64,000 bases of DNA, from positions 494,950 to 558,949 of the forward strand of contig DFBJ01000012.1 of NCBI GenBank assembly GCA_002366565.1. Direction: 5' to 3'. Below are positions 19,771-29,437 of the stretch, piece by piece (the first letter of the stretch is position 1; every line of letters begins with the position of its first letter). The translations under genes and the position numbers were made by a program. The notes under the pieces were generated by a model that ran no database searches, had not been told where the DNA came from, and was given only the letters and a program-made list of their open reading frames with translations. The stretch comes from Bacteriovoracaceae bacterium UBA3083 (GTDB taxonomy: Bacteria > Bdellovibrionota > Bacteriovoracia > Bacteriovoracales > Bacteriovoracaceae).

Positions 19771-20945
19771 TGCTCAGCACCTTTAACGTAAGGAGTTTTT
19801 AGCAATATGCCTGGACGACTTTTTTCACACTTGCTTCCATCAGTCTCAGTTAAAAAGTCTGCTTTAAATTCAATGCAAGGGTCATTGAACGGAACGAGTT
19901 CAAGTGTACTACCTGGATAAAAAGCAGATCTAACCTCTACTAGTAAATGGCTACCTTCAACTACTTCAAGAACAATTCCAGCAACAACATAATCAGGTGT
20001 CTCATGTTCTCTTTCAGTATAGATAGAGTCAGCTCCTGCCGGCTCTTTTAATGAACCTAAAGTATAATCTCTGTGGGTAATCTTTCGAAGCTCTTCTTCC
20101 CACTCTAAAATATTTTTAGAAATGATATCTCCACTTTTTTGGTATTGAGCTAAAGCGTCTGAATATACTTTGCTGATAGTTCCAGCGTAATGATGACTTT
20201 TCATACGGCCTTCAACTTTTACAGAATCGATACCTGCTTCTATAAACTCAGGCAGTGCTCTAATTCCTTCTAAATCTTTAGAAGACATAAAGTAGGCCTT
20301 TACTTCTTCATTGCTCGCATTCTCGATATTATTAAAATCTAGAGAATATTCAAAACGACAGCTATGTGCGCATCCACCACGGTTACTATCTCTTCCTTGT
20401 GTATAATTTGAAATAACACAATTTCCAGAGTAGGCCATACACATAGAACCATGTATAAACATTTCAATTTCAAGTCCAGATGCCTCTCTAATCTCTTTAG
20501 CGTCTGCAAGTGAAATCTCTCTTCCAAGAACAATACGCTTTACACCCATCTCTTTCCATAAAAGAGCTGCCTCTGTGTTTAAGCAACTTGCTTGAGTTGA
20601 TAAGTGGATTTCAATATCTGAATATTGTTTAATAGTTTCAATAACACCTAAGTCAGAAACAATTACTGCATCAATTTTTAATTCATCTAAAAGTTCTAAG
20701 AAAATAGGTAGCTCAGTTAAGTCTGAGTCATGCAGGAAACTATTTAGGACAACATAAACCTTCGCACCACGTTCATGGGCAAATATAGCTCCCTCTTCAA
20801 GCTCAGCACTCGTAAAGTTATCCGCAGCTGTTCTAAGACCAAACTTCTGGCCACCTAGATAAACAGCATTTGCACCATATAGAATGGCCACTTTCAATTT
20901 CTCTAAGCTCCCCGCAGGTGCTAATAATTCTGGAACGCTATGCAT
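19737..20945 (-). CDS. peptidase U32 family protein (YhbU/UbiU-like) with conserved Cys cluster
   Basis: 402 aa. It has an N-terminal ELLAPAG motif and the U32 signature …HGSMCMAYSGNCVISNYTQGRDSNRGGCAHSCR… (four-Cys cluster). Confidence 0.75.
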   Translation of the reverse strand: MHSVPELLAPAGSLEKLKVAILYGANAVYLGGQKFGLRTAADNFTSAELEEGAIFAHERGAKVYVVLNSFLHDSDLTELPIFLELLDELKIDAVIVSDLGVIETIKQYSDIEIHLSTQASCLNTEAALLWKEMGVKRIVLGREISLADAKEIREASGLEIEMFIHGSMCMAYSGNCVISNYTQGRDSNRGGCAHSCRFEYSLDFNNIENASNEEVKAYFMSSKDLEGIRALPEFIEAGIDSVKVEGRMKSHHYAGTISKVYSDALAQYQKSGDIISKNILEWEEELRKITHRDYTLGSLKEPAGADSIYTEREHETPDYVVAGIVLEVVEGSHLLVEVRSAFYPGSTLELVPFNDPCIEFKADFLTETDGSKCEKSRPGILLKTPYVKGAEQWNIIRAKVMQ

Positions 20946-21059
20946 AAACTCGCCTATTACAATTTTCCTAACATATCAAAGCTTTTATGTAGCAGAATTT
21001 TTATATACAATAAAGAAAACAGAGAAATTTTTACTTATATAACTGTTTAAAAGTACATA

Positions 21060-22193
21060 ATGATTAAAAAACTACTTATTTTACTTACCTTTGTTGCAAT
21101 TGGTGTTTCATCACTCTTATTTATTCGCTTCAAGAATAAACCTACGTCCATCTACCCTTTTCCCTATTTTGTAGATGCTACTCAATATAAGTCTCCGGAG
21201 CTAAAAGAGATTAGCTCTAGCGATATACTAATTGTCGGGGATCGCTTGGGAGTGAACTTAGACAAATATATTCCCGAAATGAATGAAGAGCTTTCTAAAA
21301 ACCTTAGAAATCAATTAAAGATTTATAATTGGTCTACTAAGGGAGAAGGACTTCATAGAACATTGAAAAAATTAAAGATGCTAAAGAAACTTCCACCAAT
21401 AGTTATTTATGCTGGAGGAAGTGAAGAGTTTTACGAAGAAAGACTACTTACTGCTGATAAAGAAATACACGACTATAATATGAAGGTCTTTAGAGATGAC
21501 CGCTACTCTAGTCTACTTATGACATTCCCAGATATTAGTAAAATTCTCTACAAAAAGCCTATAAAGTATTTTTATCTAAATCAAATGATCGTTCCATTTC
21601 CAAAAGCCTCATCTGCAGCAGTATCACAAACTAGAGCAGAGCTTATCTATAACTACTTTTCTATTCAACTAGACACTCTTGCAACTCTCTCAAGAGAGAA
21701 AGGTTCAACATTCATCTATATTACAGCACCAGTAAATTTAGAGATTCCTCCTAGAATTGTTTGTGATAACGCTGTTTCCAACACAATTATTACAGAGCAG
21801 TCTGATATTAAGAAATTAATAGAATCAGGACAATCTAAAGAAGCTACTGCAAGGCTTAAGAAGCTTCTCTCGCAATCTATTGGAAATGCTCAAACATATT
21901 ATCTTCTTGGTAAGGCACAGTTAAATCAGGGTCTTTTAAAAGACGCTAAAGAGAATTTAAGTATGGCCGCTACATATGATTGTGGAAATTGGAGAAGTAA
22001 CTCAATCTTTAATAAGCTAATTATTAAAAATGCAAAAAAGAATGGAATAAAGTCTATCGATTTCTCTGAGATTGTAACGAGAGGATTAGGAAGAAATATC
22101 ACTTTCGAAGACGAATATTATCCACAAAGTATTTACTACAATAAATTACAAAAAGAGCTTATGCTAACTATTAAAAGTATATTTAAAATCTGA
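21060..22193 (+). CDS. membrane-anchored hypothetical protein with C-terminal TPR-like repeat
   Basis: 377 aa with an N-terminal TM/signal segment and a TPR-like stretch (AQTYYLLGKAQLNQGLLKDAKENL). A possible SGNH-like ILIVGD motif is weak. Confidence 0.4.
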   Translation: MIKKLLILLTFVAIGVSSLLFIRFKNKPTSIYPFPYFVDATQYKSPELKEISSSDILIVGDRLGVNLDKYIPEMNEELSKNLRNQLKIYNWSTKGEGLHRTLKKLKMLKKLPPIVIYAGGSEEFYEERLLTADKEIHDYNMKVFRDDRYSSLLMTFPDISKILYKKPIKYFYLNQMIVPFPKASSAAVSQTRAELIYNYFSIQLDTLATLSREKGSTFIYITAPVNLEIPPRIVCDNAVSNTIITEQSDIKKLIESGQSKEATARLKKLLSQSIGNAQTYYLLGKAQLNQGLLKDAKENLSMAATYDCGNWRSNSIFNKLIIKNAKKNGIKSIDFSEIVTRGLGRNITFEDEYYPQSIYYNKLQKELMLTIKSIFKI

Positions 22194-22200
22194 GGCATAC

Positions 22201-22659
22201 ATGAGTGAAATATCTGGACCACTAACATTAAATTTAAAGAAAGGTGACATTGTTTGTGCTGAAGGACAGATTGATCATGACCTTTTCATTATACACTCAG
22301 GAAAAATCCTTATCTTTGTTAATAGTGGAACTAAAGTTACACCACTTGCTCATTTAGAAGATGGGGAATACTTAGGGGAATTAAGTTTTTTTGATAAAAC
22401 AAATAGAAGTGCCAGTGCCATCTGCTTAGAAGATACAACTCTAATAAAAGTCCCTGTTGAAGAAGTAGATAAGCAATTCCCTCCGTGGCTTGTAACTATT
22501 GCTAAAAATATTACGACTAAGCTTAGAGCTGCTGATGGTATTCTCGCCGAAAAGGGTATAAGAAAAAAGAATGTAAAAACAATGTCTTCCCTATCTATTG
22601 AAGAACAGCGTGAATATTATCAAGCTCTTGTTAAATTCCGAGAAGAAAATAGTCTCTAG
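22201..22659 (+). CDS. cyclic nucleotide-binding domain protein
   Basis: 152 aa. It contains a cNMP-binding cassette signature (…GEYLGELSFFDKTNRSASAICLEDTTLIKV…). Confidence 0.65.
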   Translation: MSEISGPLTLNLKKGDIVCAEGQIDHDLFIIHSGKILIFVNSGTKVTPLAHLEDGEYLGELSFFDKTNRSASAICLEDTTLIKVPVEEVDKQFPPWLVTIAKNITTKLRAADGILAEKGIRKKNVKTMSSLSIEEQREYYQALVKFREENSL

Positions 22660-22753
22660 CCCTTGTACGCAAGCCATTGAAACTATGGTCATTACTTAAT
22701 AAAACTCAAGTGAATCAACAAATATACCGTATAATCGAGTAAGGAGCTCAACT

Positions 22754-22912
22754 ATGAAAAGAAGTATATTTCTATTCCTATTTTTAACATTAACTGTAGT
22801 TACTTCCTGTACTACAAATTCAAGATATCCGAATTCTGAGTTAGAAGAAAAGAGAATGGATAAACAAATTGAAAGGTTGAACCATCACTTGCATAGATCA
22901 GGTGCTATTTAA
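22754..22912 (+). CDS. small lipoprotein (52 aa), not in the supplied ORF track
   Basis: An aaggag RBS lies 7 nt upstream of the ATG. The product has a signal peptide plus lipobox (LTVVTSC), is preceded by a TATAAT-like -10 element at about 22724, and is followed by a GC hairpin terminator. Confidence 0.45.
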   Translation: MKRSIFLFLFLTLTVVTSCTTNSRYPNSELEEKRMDKQIERLNHHLHRSGAI

Positions 22913-22915
22913 AAA

Positions 22916-22938
22916 GAGGGCCGAGTAGGCCCCCTTTT
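22916..22938. terminator. bidirectional rho-independent terminator (small lipoprotein / mdh)
   Basis: The hairpin is gggcc-gagta-ggccc. It is flanked by an A-run upstream and CCTTTT downstream on the plus strand, and by a T-run on the minus strand. Confidence 0.55.
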
Positions 22939-22952
22939 GAGTATTAATTTAA

Positions 22953-23939
22953 TTAAATAAGACCCATCTCTTTAACAGAAGCTTTTTCGTTTCTTAGCTC
23001 TTCTAAAGTAGTCTTGAATTTCTCTTGTCCAAAAGTATTGTGCTCAACACCTTCAACAACTTTTAATTGTCCATTCTCAACTCTACATGGGTAAGAGAAA
23101 ATTAACCCTTCATCAACACCGTACTCACCTTTAGAAGCAAGACACATTGAGAAAGTTTCTCCAGCAGGAGTGTCGTGTGTAAGGCTATGAACACCTTGAA
23201 CACAAGCATTAGCAGCAGAAGCAGCAGAGCTAGCTCCTCTAGCTTTAATAATTGCAGCACCTCTTTTTTGAACTACAGAGATAAACTCTCCTGTTAGCCA
23301 ATCAGTATCTGTAATTACTTCAGCAGCACTCTTTCCATTAATTTTAGCATTGTAAAAATCTGGATATTGAGTTGCTGAGTGATTTCCCCAGATAGTCATA
23401 TTAGTTACTGAAGTTACATCAACACCAGCTTTCATTGCTAATTGACTCTTAGCTCTGTTTTCATCAAGAGCAGTCATTGCAAAGAATCTATCTCTTGGAA
23501 GACCTGAGTTTTCCATAGCGATAAGACAGTTTGTATTACATGGGTTACCAACTACAAATAATTTACAGTCGTCTGCACCATGAGCGGCCATAGCTTTTCC
23601 AAGTGGACCAAAGATTCCACCATTAACCTTAAGAAGGTCAGCTCTTTCCATTCCATCTTTTCTTGGAACTGCACCAATTGCTAGGATCCAGTTAACACCT
23701 TCAAATGCTTCTTCCATTTTATCAGTACATTTAATATTCTTTAATAGTGGAAAAGCACAATCATCTAATTCCATCTTAACACCTTCAAGGGCACCAAGAG
23801 CTTGAGGAAGTTCTAATAAGCTTAATTCAACTTCAGTGTCCATTCCAAACATTTGTCCAGAAGCAATTCTGAAAAGTATTGCATAACCAATTTGACCAGC
23901 AGGACCTGTTACTGCGACTCTAACGCGTTTCGTTGTCAT
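22953..23939 (-). CDS. mdh: malate dehydrogenase (LDH-like type 2 MDH)
   Basis: 328 aa. The N-terminal [21 protein letters not shown] is the NAD-binding signature of type-2 MDH. Length fits. Confidence 0.85.
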   Translation of the reverse strand: MTTKRVRVAVTGPAGQIGYAILFRIASGQMFGMDTEVELSLLELPQALGALEGVKMELDDCAFPLLKNIKCTDKMEEAFEGVNWILAIGAVPRKDGMERADLLKVNGGIFGPLGKAMAAHGADDCKLFVVGNPCNTNCLIAMENSGLPRDRFFAMTALDENRAKSQLAMKAGVDVTSVTNMTIWGNHSATQYPDFYNAKINGKSAAEVITDTDWLTGEFISVVQKRGAAIIKARGASSAASAANACVQGVHSLTHDTPAGETFSMCLASKGEYGVDEGLIFSYPCRVENGQLKVVEGVEHNTFGQEKFKTTLEELRNEKASVKEMGLI

Positions 23940-24126
23940 ATATTTCTCCTTATTATTATAGGTAAGTACTCATATTTTTAATCGTTTTTGAACGTTTTTC
24001 AAAGTTTTATTGTGTTAACATTGCGACAAATTATACAAAATTGACTAACAACACTGCACTCTATAAAATTAAACTTTTAAAGATCCAATAATATATGATC
24101 TACCTTTAAGAATCTATGAGGAATCA

Positions 24127-24681
24127 ATGTCCGAAAATCAGGCAAAACCAAGACCTAACCGCAATAAGAGATATCGCGGAAAACCAAAGAAGAAAAACCC
24201 TAATGCTCAAGCATCAGCTGGTTCAAAACCAAATAATAACAAAAAAAAGAGATACAATAATAGAAAAGGTCCGAAGTTATCTTTAGAAGACCAAGTAACT
24301 CTAAAGTATAACAACCTTCTCGAGCAGCATTTACTAGCACGTAGAAAGTATTTTGCACTCTTCCATAGAGCTGATCCTAAGCAAAAGGCCAAGCTTGAAA
24401 GAATTTACTATAATACAATTACAAAACTAAGAGAGTTTGAGAGAGGCTTAACAGGCGATAAGCAAGAGATCTTTCAAAAACATTTCAATTCTCTAAAAGA
24501 AGATCATAAGTATTCTTTCAATCATGAAATTGATCCACTAGCTGAGCATGTCTCTCACCAGGGAGAATTTGCAGATCCACACTTTCTTGAAATTCAAAAA
24601 GAAGCGAGAAGTGAATATGCTGATGACTCAGAAGAGAGTGTTGGCTCAATTGATGACTACAAGCAATACAAAGGTCTTTAA
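24127..24681 (+). CDS. hypothetical protein with highly basic disordered N-terminus
   Basis: 184 aa. The first about 50 residues are K/R/N/P-rich (…KPRPNRNKRYRGKPKKKNPNAQ…KKKRYNNRKGPK…), followed by an acidic/helical C-terminus. Confidence 0.4.
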   Translation: MSENQAKPRPNRNKRYRGKPKKKNPNAQASAGSKPNNNKKKRYNNRKGPKLSLEDQVTLKYNNLLEQHLLARRKYFALFHRADPKQKAKLERIYYNTITKLREFERGLTGDKQEIFQKHFNSLKEDHKYSFNHEIDPLAEHVSHQGEFADPHFLEIQKEARSEYADDSEESVGSIDDYKQYKGL

Positions 24682-24838
24682 AAGATTTAAATGATATTTT
24701 GTCACCGATAAAATCAGTGGCAAAATATCTCTAGTTCCACTTTGCCCCTCACCCATTTTCCTAATTCCAACAAGAAGACGCATCGCAAATCCTTAAATTC
24801 TTTGGCATAATTCTTGCTCATTTCAATCTACTATTTAA

Positions 24839-26092
24839 ATGAAATGGGAGAATATTTTGAAACACATCTTATGTTTGCTAGGACTAGCCCTGGTATTTGT
24901 AAATCACACACACGCTCAAGACAATGTACAAATCGATTATAACCTTCAAGGTTCTGAGCAAGTAACTCTTCAGGATACTCGAGAAGTGACTCTTTATAGA
25001 ACTGAGTATGTAAACAGTACTTGCTCAAGGCAAGAACCATATACTGATACAGAGTGTGGCAATGAAACACGCTACAGAAATGAGTGTACATGGGTTCCTG
25101 GAAGGAATGTATGTAGGACAGAGAATGACTATCAATGCCGTAATGTTAGAAGAACAAGAAGGGAATGTACTGCGGGAAGAACGCGTAGAGAATGCGTTAA
25201 TGAACCTGCAAGAAGAGTATGTAGAACAAGAAATGGTGTCGAAAGATGTACTAACGTCCCAGGAAGACAAAGATGTAGAGACGTAAGTGGTCCACAGACA
25301 TGTAGAAACGTTCCTTATACTGAGAGAGAATGTAATAATGTTCCACGTCGTGTATGTGACTACATCCCAGGTGGTAATGAATGTAGAAATGTACCTTACC
25401 AAGAATATGTTTGTAGAGATGTTACAAGATATAGAACTGTAGACTATGCCTGTAAAAAGCCTGTTCAAGTTCCATATCAAGTTGAAAAAAGTTTTACTTA
25501 TGAAGTGAACTTCAACTTCAAAGATGTAGATCAACTTGGTAGAGCGACAATCAAAGCAGTAATAGATAAAGAAGGTCTACTTAAATTACATTACACAAAC
25601 TTAAATACATCAGAGACTTATATTAACCTTCTAAGTGATAACCAAGAAGCTCTTATAAATAGTGATTCTGAGTATAAAGGTTTAAGAAATATAGAAATTA
25701 ACTTTGGAAATCTTGAAAAATTAACAGCTCCAATGAAGACAAATATGAAGTCGTTATGGATGAATAAATCTGGTGATTTTAAATTAACGCTCACTCAGCC
25801 TGACTTACTAGAAAATGCCAAGATCAAAGTAAGAGTTTTTAAAAGATCTAATAACAATTTACACTTTTCAAAAGAGCTTGAGTTATCTGACTTTAGAGTT
25901 TCAAATAAAGATATAAAAGCTGACTTTTCTACTTTTGGATTTGACACACTGAAAGGTTTATTTGGAAAAGGAGTAAAACTAAAAGTAGAAGTATCAGTAA
26001 TGGCAGAAGAGCCAGAAAACCTACTTGTTCCAATAGAAAATGAACTTAAAAAGAGTAAGAGTTTTAATATAAAGGTTTATAAAAATAAATAA
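24839..26092 (+). CDS. secreted protein with about 14 tandem Cys-spaced short repeats (C-R/T-N/D-V-P…)
   Basis: 417 aa with a signal peptide (LCLLGLALVFVNHTHA). Residues about 70-200 consist of 9-11-aa units each containing one Cys (CRNVPYTERE / CNNVPRRV / CRNVPYQEYV / CRDVSGPQT …). The C-terminal about 200 aa is non-repetitive. Confidence 0.5.
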   Translation: MKWENILKHILCLLGLALVFVNHTHAQDNVQIDYNLQGSEQVTLQDTREVTLYRTEYVNSTCSRQEPYTDTECGNETRYRNECTWVPGRNVCRTENDYQCRNVRRTRRECTAGRTRRECVNEPARRVCRTRNGVERCTNVPGRQRCRDVSGPQTCRNVPYTERECNNVPRRVCDYIPGGNECRNVPYQEYVCRDVTRYRTVDYACKKPVQVPYQVEKSFTYEVNFNFKDVDQLGRATIKAVIDKEGLLKLHYTNLNTSETYINLLSDNQEALINSDSEYKGLRNIEINFGNLEKLTAPMKTNMKSLWMNKSGDFKLTLTQPDLLENAKIKVRVFKRSNNNLHFSKELELSDFRVSNKDIKADFSTFGFDTLKGLFGKGVKLKVEVSVMAEEPENLLVPIENELKKSKSFNIKVYKNK

Positions 26093-26104
26093 GCACTAAA
26101 TAAA

Positions 26105-26128
26105 AAGGCCGCAAAAAATTGCGGCCTT
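26105..26128. terminator. bidirectional rho-independent terminator
   Basis: The hairpin is aaggccgc-aaaaaatt-gcggcctt followed by tatatat. It lies between convergent genes (24839..26092 + and 26156..26479 -). Confidence 0.55.
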
Positions 26129-26155
26129 TATATATAAATAGATTTTTTCTTTAAA

Positions 26156-26479
26156 TTAAATCTGAGCAGAAACAGCAGCAACTTTCTTAACTGTATTAGG
26201 CATCATTTCAGAAGCGCCTTCAAGCTTAAGGTAGTTATCAAGTGTTTGATCATGATCTTTTAAAATTGCATCTTTTAGTTCATCAGCATTGATGTCTAAA
26301 ACTTCAGAAACTTTCTTAAGCATTTTTAAAGGAATATTACAAAGAGCTCTCTCAACGTTTGAGATGAACTGACCATTCTTGTACCCAAGTAGGTGTGATA
26401 GCTCAGATTGAGAGTATCCTTTTGGGTGGTTAATTCTTTTAGTTCTAATTAATTTAGCAATATTTGCAAAGCAGCGCAT
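26156..26479 (-). CDS. XRE-family helix-turn-helix transcriptional regulator
   Basis: 107 aa. It has an HTH_3-like segment (…KGYSQSELSHLLGYKNGQFISNVERA…). A 315-bp AT-rich untranslated region lies upstream. Confidence 0.6.
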   Translation of the reverse strand: MRCFANIAKLIRTKRINHPKGYSQSELSHLLGYKNGQFISNVERALCNIPLKMLKKVSEVLDINADELKDAILKDHDQTLDNYLKLEGASEMMPNTVKKVAAVSAQI

Positions 26480-26795
26480 GATGTTCTCCTGTGTTTAAAT
26501 CATCACATTTGTTTATAAATAAAATACCAAACAATTATGGTAAATTCCAAATAACTTTTGGTTATATTTATCAAGATTCCTTAACTTTCATCTATTTTCA
26601 ATCACTTAAATCTAAATAAACTATATAATTTTTATTATCTAACCTTTAATTTTCTTTAGAAATAGGAAACAAATACCACTTAGTTTAAGTTTTCTTAATT
26701 TTTATGAAGATAAATTATTATGTAGTTAAACGACTTAACTAAAGAGAACCTCAAAGAACATGAGATTCTCCAATATGTATTATTTAATGAGCTGA

Positions 26796-28172
26796 CTAAA
26801 TCCTAGAAAAGACACATTCTCCACGATAGAACGTCTGCTCAACCATTTTGTCATACTTCTTTCTAGACTTTTTATTTACAGAAACTATTCTTTCTAGAAT
26901 TTTTTCGGAAGATCCAGTTAAGTCTTTCGGGCTATTTACAACAATAAAATTAGCAAACTTACCTGCTTCAAAGTTACCTGAGCTTTTTTCCATTTTTAAT
27001 GCTCTTGCTCCAGCTACAGTTGCTCTGTATAGCGCTTTCACATATGTTGCACCTTTTACGCCTGCTTCCTTATTTTGAGAGACAAATGATTGCATTACAT
27101 CAAACATTGAAACAAATGGACCACCACCAATATCACTAGCTAGAGACCAATCTACTCCCTGCTTCTCTGCAAATTTAAAATTAAATAAACCAGACCCAAG
27201 CCCTAGCTTCTTAACTGGAGCGTTTGATGTAGGACAGTGTGCGATAGAAGTCTTTGTCTTACTAAGAGTCTTTAACTCATCTTTAGATAAATAAATTCCA
27301 TGTCCCATAATTGTTTTAGAACCGAGGACTTTAGCTTTTTTATAAATATCAGTATATGTCTTAACGTTTTCGTAACCTTTAATATTCTTGTAAATACTCA
27401 TTACATAGTCGATTTCATTTTCAGTTTCACTCAAGTGAGTTTGAATAAATGACTTATTCGCTCTGGCCATCTTGCTGGCCTCTTGCATAACGTCTGGGTG
27501 AGTCGTTGGAGCAAACCTAGGTGTTACTGCATATTCATTTCCAAACTTCTTAGTTTGTTTATCCACAAGCTTTAGGGCCTGTTTCTTAGTTTGTGTTAAG
27601 TAATCTGGAGACTCCATTGTCATAAGAACATTTCCTACAACAAAATCACCTACAAAGTACTTAAGAGCGTGGTCAACTGTATGTGCGTGAATTGAAGCGT
27701 AACAAGCTCCACCTAAAGTACCAACTGATGTTAATTCTTTAGCAAACTTCTCGGCCTTCATTTTAGAGTATTTCTTATCTTTAAACTTTGCTTCATATGG
27801 CCAAGTGTAGTTGATAAGCCACTGAAGTAAGTTTTTCTTAGGCATTAGCCTTACATCGTCTTGTACCCAGTGAAAGTGTGTATCAAAGAATGAAGGCATA
27901 ATAGTCTTCCCCATAGTATCCATCACTTCAATAGACTTTTTAGTAGCATACTTAGGAAGGATAGCTTTCTCTTTTCCGTATTCAACGACTTTATATCCTG
28001 AATTTGATCTTTTTAGGACAAGTGCTCCATTTTTAACGAATTCACATGACTTATCTGTTTTAGGGTTTAAAATGTGACATAATAGTATTTTAAATAGTGG
28101 TTGCAATGATAACTCCAAAGAATTTGAGGATAAAAAGTATGAAAACCTATCAAATACTTCTAATCTTAACAA
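26796..28172 (-). CDS. amidohydrolase-superfamily metal-dependent hydrolase (guanine/cytosine deaminase-like); start uncertain
   Basis: The ORF is 458 aa. An HxH metal-binding motif (FFDTHFHWVQ) lies about 95 aa from the listed start, and the C-terminal region is typical of amidohydrolases. The listed start is a TTG that overlaps the divergent NfeD N-terminus, so the true start is probably internal or non-ATG. Confidence 0.55.
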   Translation of the reverse strand: MLRLEVFDRFSYFLSSNSLELSLQPLFKILLCHILNPKTDKSCEFVKNGALVLKRSNSGYKVVEYGKEKAILPKYATKKSIEVMDTMGKTIMPSFFDTHFHWVQDDVRLMPKKNLLQWLINYTWPYEAKFKDKKYSKMKAEKFAKELTSVGTLGGACYASIHAHTVDHALKYFVGDFVVGNVLMTMESPDYLTQTKKQALKLVDKQTKKFGNEYAVTPRFAPTTHPDVMQEASKMARANKSFIQTHLSETENEIDYVMSIYKNIKGYENVKTYTDIYKKAKVLGSKTIMGHGIYLSKDELKTLSKTKTSIAHCPTSNAPVKKLGLGSGLFNFKFAEKQGVDWSLASDIGGGPFVSMFDVMQSFVSQNKEAGVKGATYVKALYRATVAGARALKMEKSSGNFEAGKFANFIVVNSPKDLTGSSEKILERIVSVNKKSRKKYDKMVEQTFYRGECVFSRI

Positions 28173-29437
28173 TATCTCTATTTAGTTTTTTTAAAGAAAC
28201 TAAGGCACAAGATATTCATCTAAATAAAGTTCTAGAATTAAACATAGACTCTCCTATTACTCCTGCAACTTTTAACTATATTTCTCAAGGCTTTAAAAGA
28301 GCAGATAAACAAAATAGTGATGCTATTTTAGTAAAACTGAACACTCCTGGTGGACTTGTGTCTACAACGAAAGAGATACTTTCACTTATAGGGGAAAGCT
28401 CAATACCTATCATTGTATGGGTCACGCCAGAAGGTTCAAGTGCTACAAGTGCGGGTGCTATTATAGCCAGTGCAGCACATATACTTTTGATGTCAGAAGG
28501 AACAAATATTGGAGCAGCAACTCCTATTCAGATGACTGGGGATATTGAAAAGACCGATGTGAGATCAAAGTCTGTCAATGACCTGAAGGCCCTTGTTCAA
28601 AGCTTAGCTCAAACGAGAGGGAGAAATGCAACTCTCTTTGGAGATATGATTGAGAAGGCCTCTAGCTTTGAAGCAAACTTAGCGAAAAAAGAAAACTTAA
28701 TTGACGATATTTTAAATAAGAAAGAAGACCTATCTTCATTAATAAATGAGAGAGTAATTCATATTCAAGGTGAAGATCGTAAAATTATTTCAGAAAGTAT
28801 TAACTACTCTGTTTATGAAATGGACTTAGGACAACAATTACTGAATATATTTGCTAATCCAAATACTGCATATGTTTTATTCCTTATTGGTGCCGCACTT
28901 ATTTATCTAGAGTTCCAGGCTCCTGGTGGCCTAATTGCTGGTTCAGTGGGTACTCTTGCCTTGTTACTTGCAGCAATTGGCTTTCAAGTACTTCCACTAA
29001 ACTTTGGAGCAATGGCACTTATCATATTGGGTTTTGTATTATTTATAATAGAAATCTATGTAACAAGTTACGGTATATTATCTTTAGCTGGTCTAGGCAG
29101 TTTTGTCTCTGGCTCGCTATTCTTATTAAGAACAGAAGATAGTTATATCATGATTAGCCAAACACTTATTTATTCTGCAGCCTTAGCAATTGCATTCTTT
29201 TTAATGCTTATAGGTTATGTCATTGTAAAAGACCATAAGAATATCGGCAAAATGAAATTCAACTCACAGGTTGGTGAGTCCGCTACGATAATAGCATTAA
29301 TGGGAAATGAATCTGGAATAAATAAATATCAAGTTAAACTACATGGAGAAGTTTGGAATTTAGAAAGCTCCAAAGATTATAAAATGGGTGAGGCCGTCGT
29401 TATCTTAGAACAAACTGAGCTATGTCTAAAAGGCTAG
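28139..29437 (+). CDS. NfeD-family membrane-bound serine protease (ClpP-class)
   Basis: A signal/TM start at MKTYQILLILT… is preferred over the upstream ATG at 28097. The ClpP-like region is …LNTPGGLVSTTKEI…SSATSAGAIIASAAHILLMSEGTNIGAATPI…. Multiple TM helices and a C-terminal OB-like domain follow. Confidence 0.7.
   Translation: MKTYQILLILTISLFSFFKETKAQDIHLNKVLELNIDSPITPATFNYISQGFKRADKQNSDAILVKLNTPGGLVSTTKEILSLIGESSIPIIVWVTPEGSSATSAGAIIASAAHILLMSEGTNIGAATPIQMTGDIEKTDVRSKSVNDLKALVQSLAQTRGRNATLFGDMIEKASSFEANLAKKENLIDDILNKKEDLSSLINERVIHIQGEDRKIISESINYSVYEMDLGQQLLNIFANPNTAYVLFLIGAALIYLEFQAPGGLIAGSVGTLALLLAAIGFQVLPLNFGAMALIILGFVLFIIEIYVTSYGILSLAGLGSFVSGSLFLLRTEDSYIMISQTLIYSAALAIAFFLMLIGYVIVKDHKNIGKMKFNSQVGESATIIALMGNESGINKYQVKLHGEVWNLESSKDYKMGEAVVILEQTELCLKG

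Noticed and set aside
26480-26795. 315-bp AT-rich non-coding stretch upstream of the XRE regulator as a possible ncRNA or mobile-element scar
   Set aside because: It contains only simple AT-rich low-complexity sequence with short imperfect repeats. No convincing structure or terminal repeats were found, so it is most simply an extended promoter/UTR.
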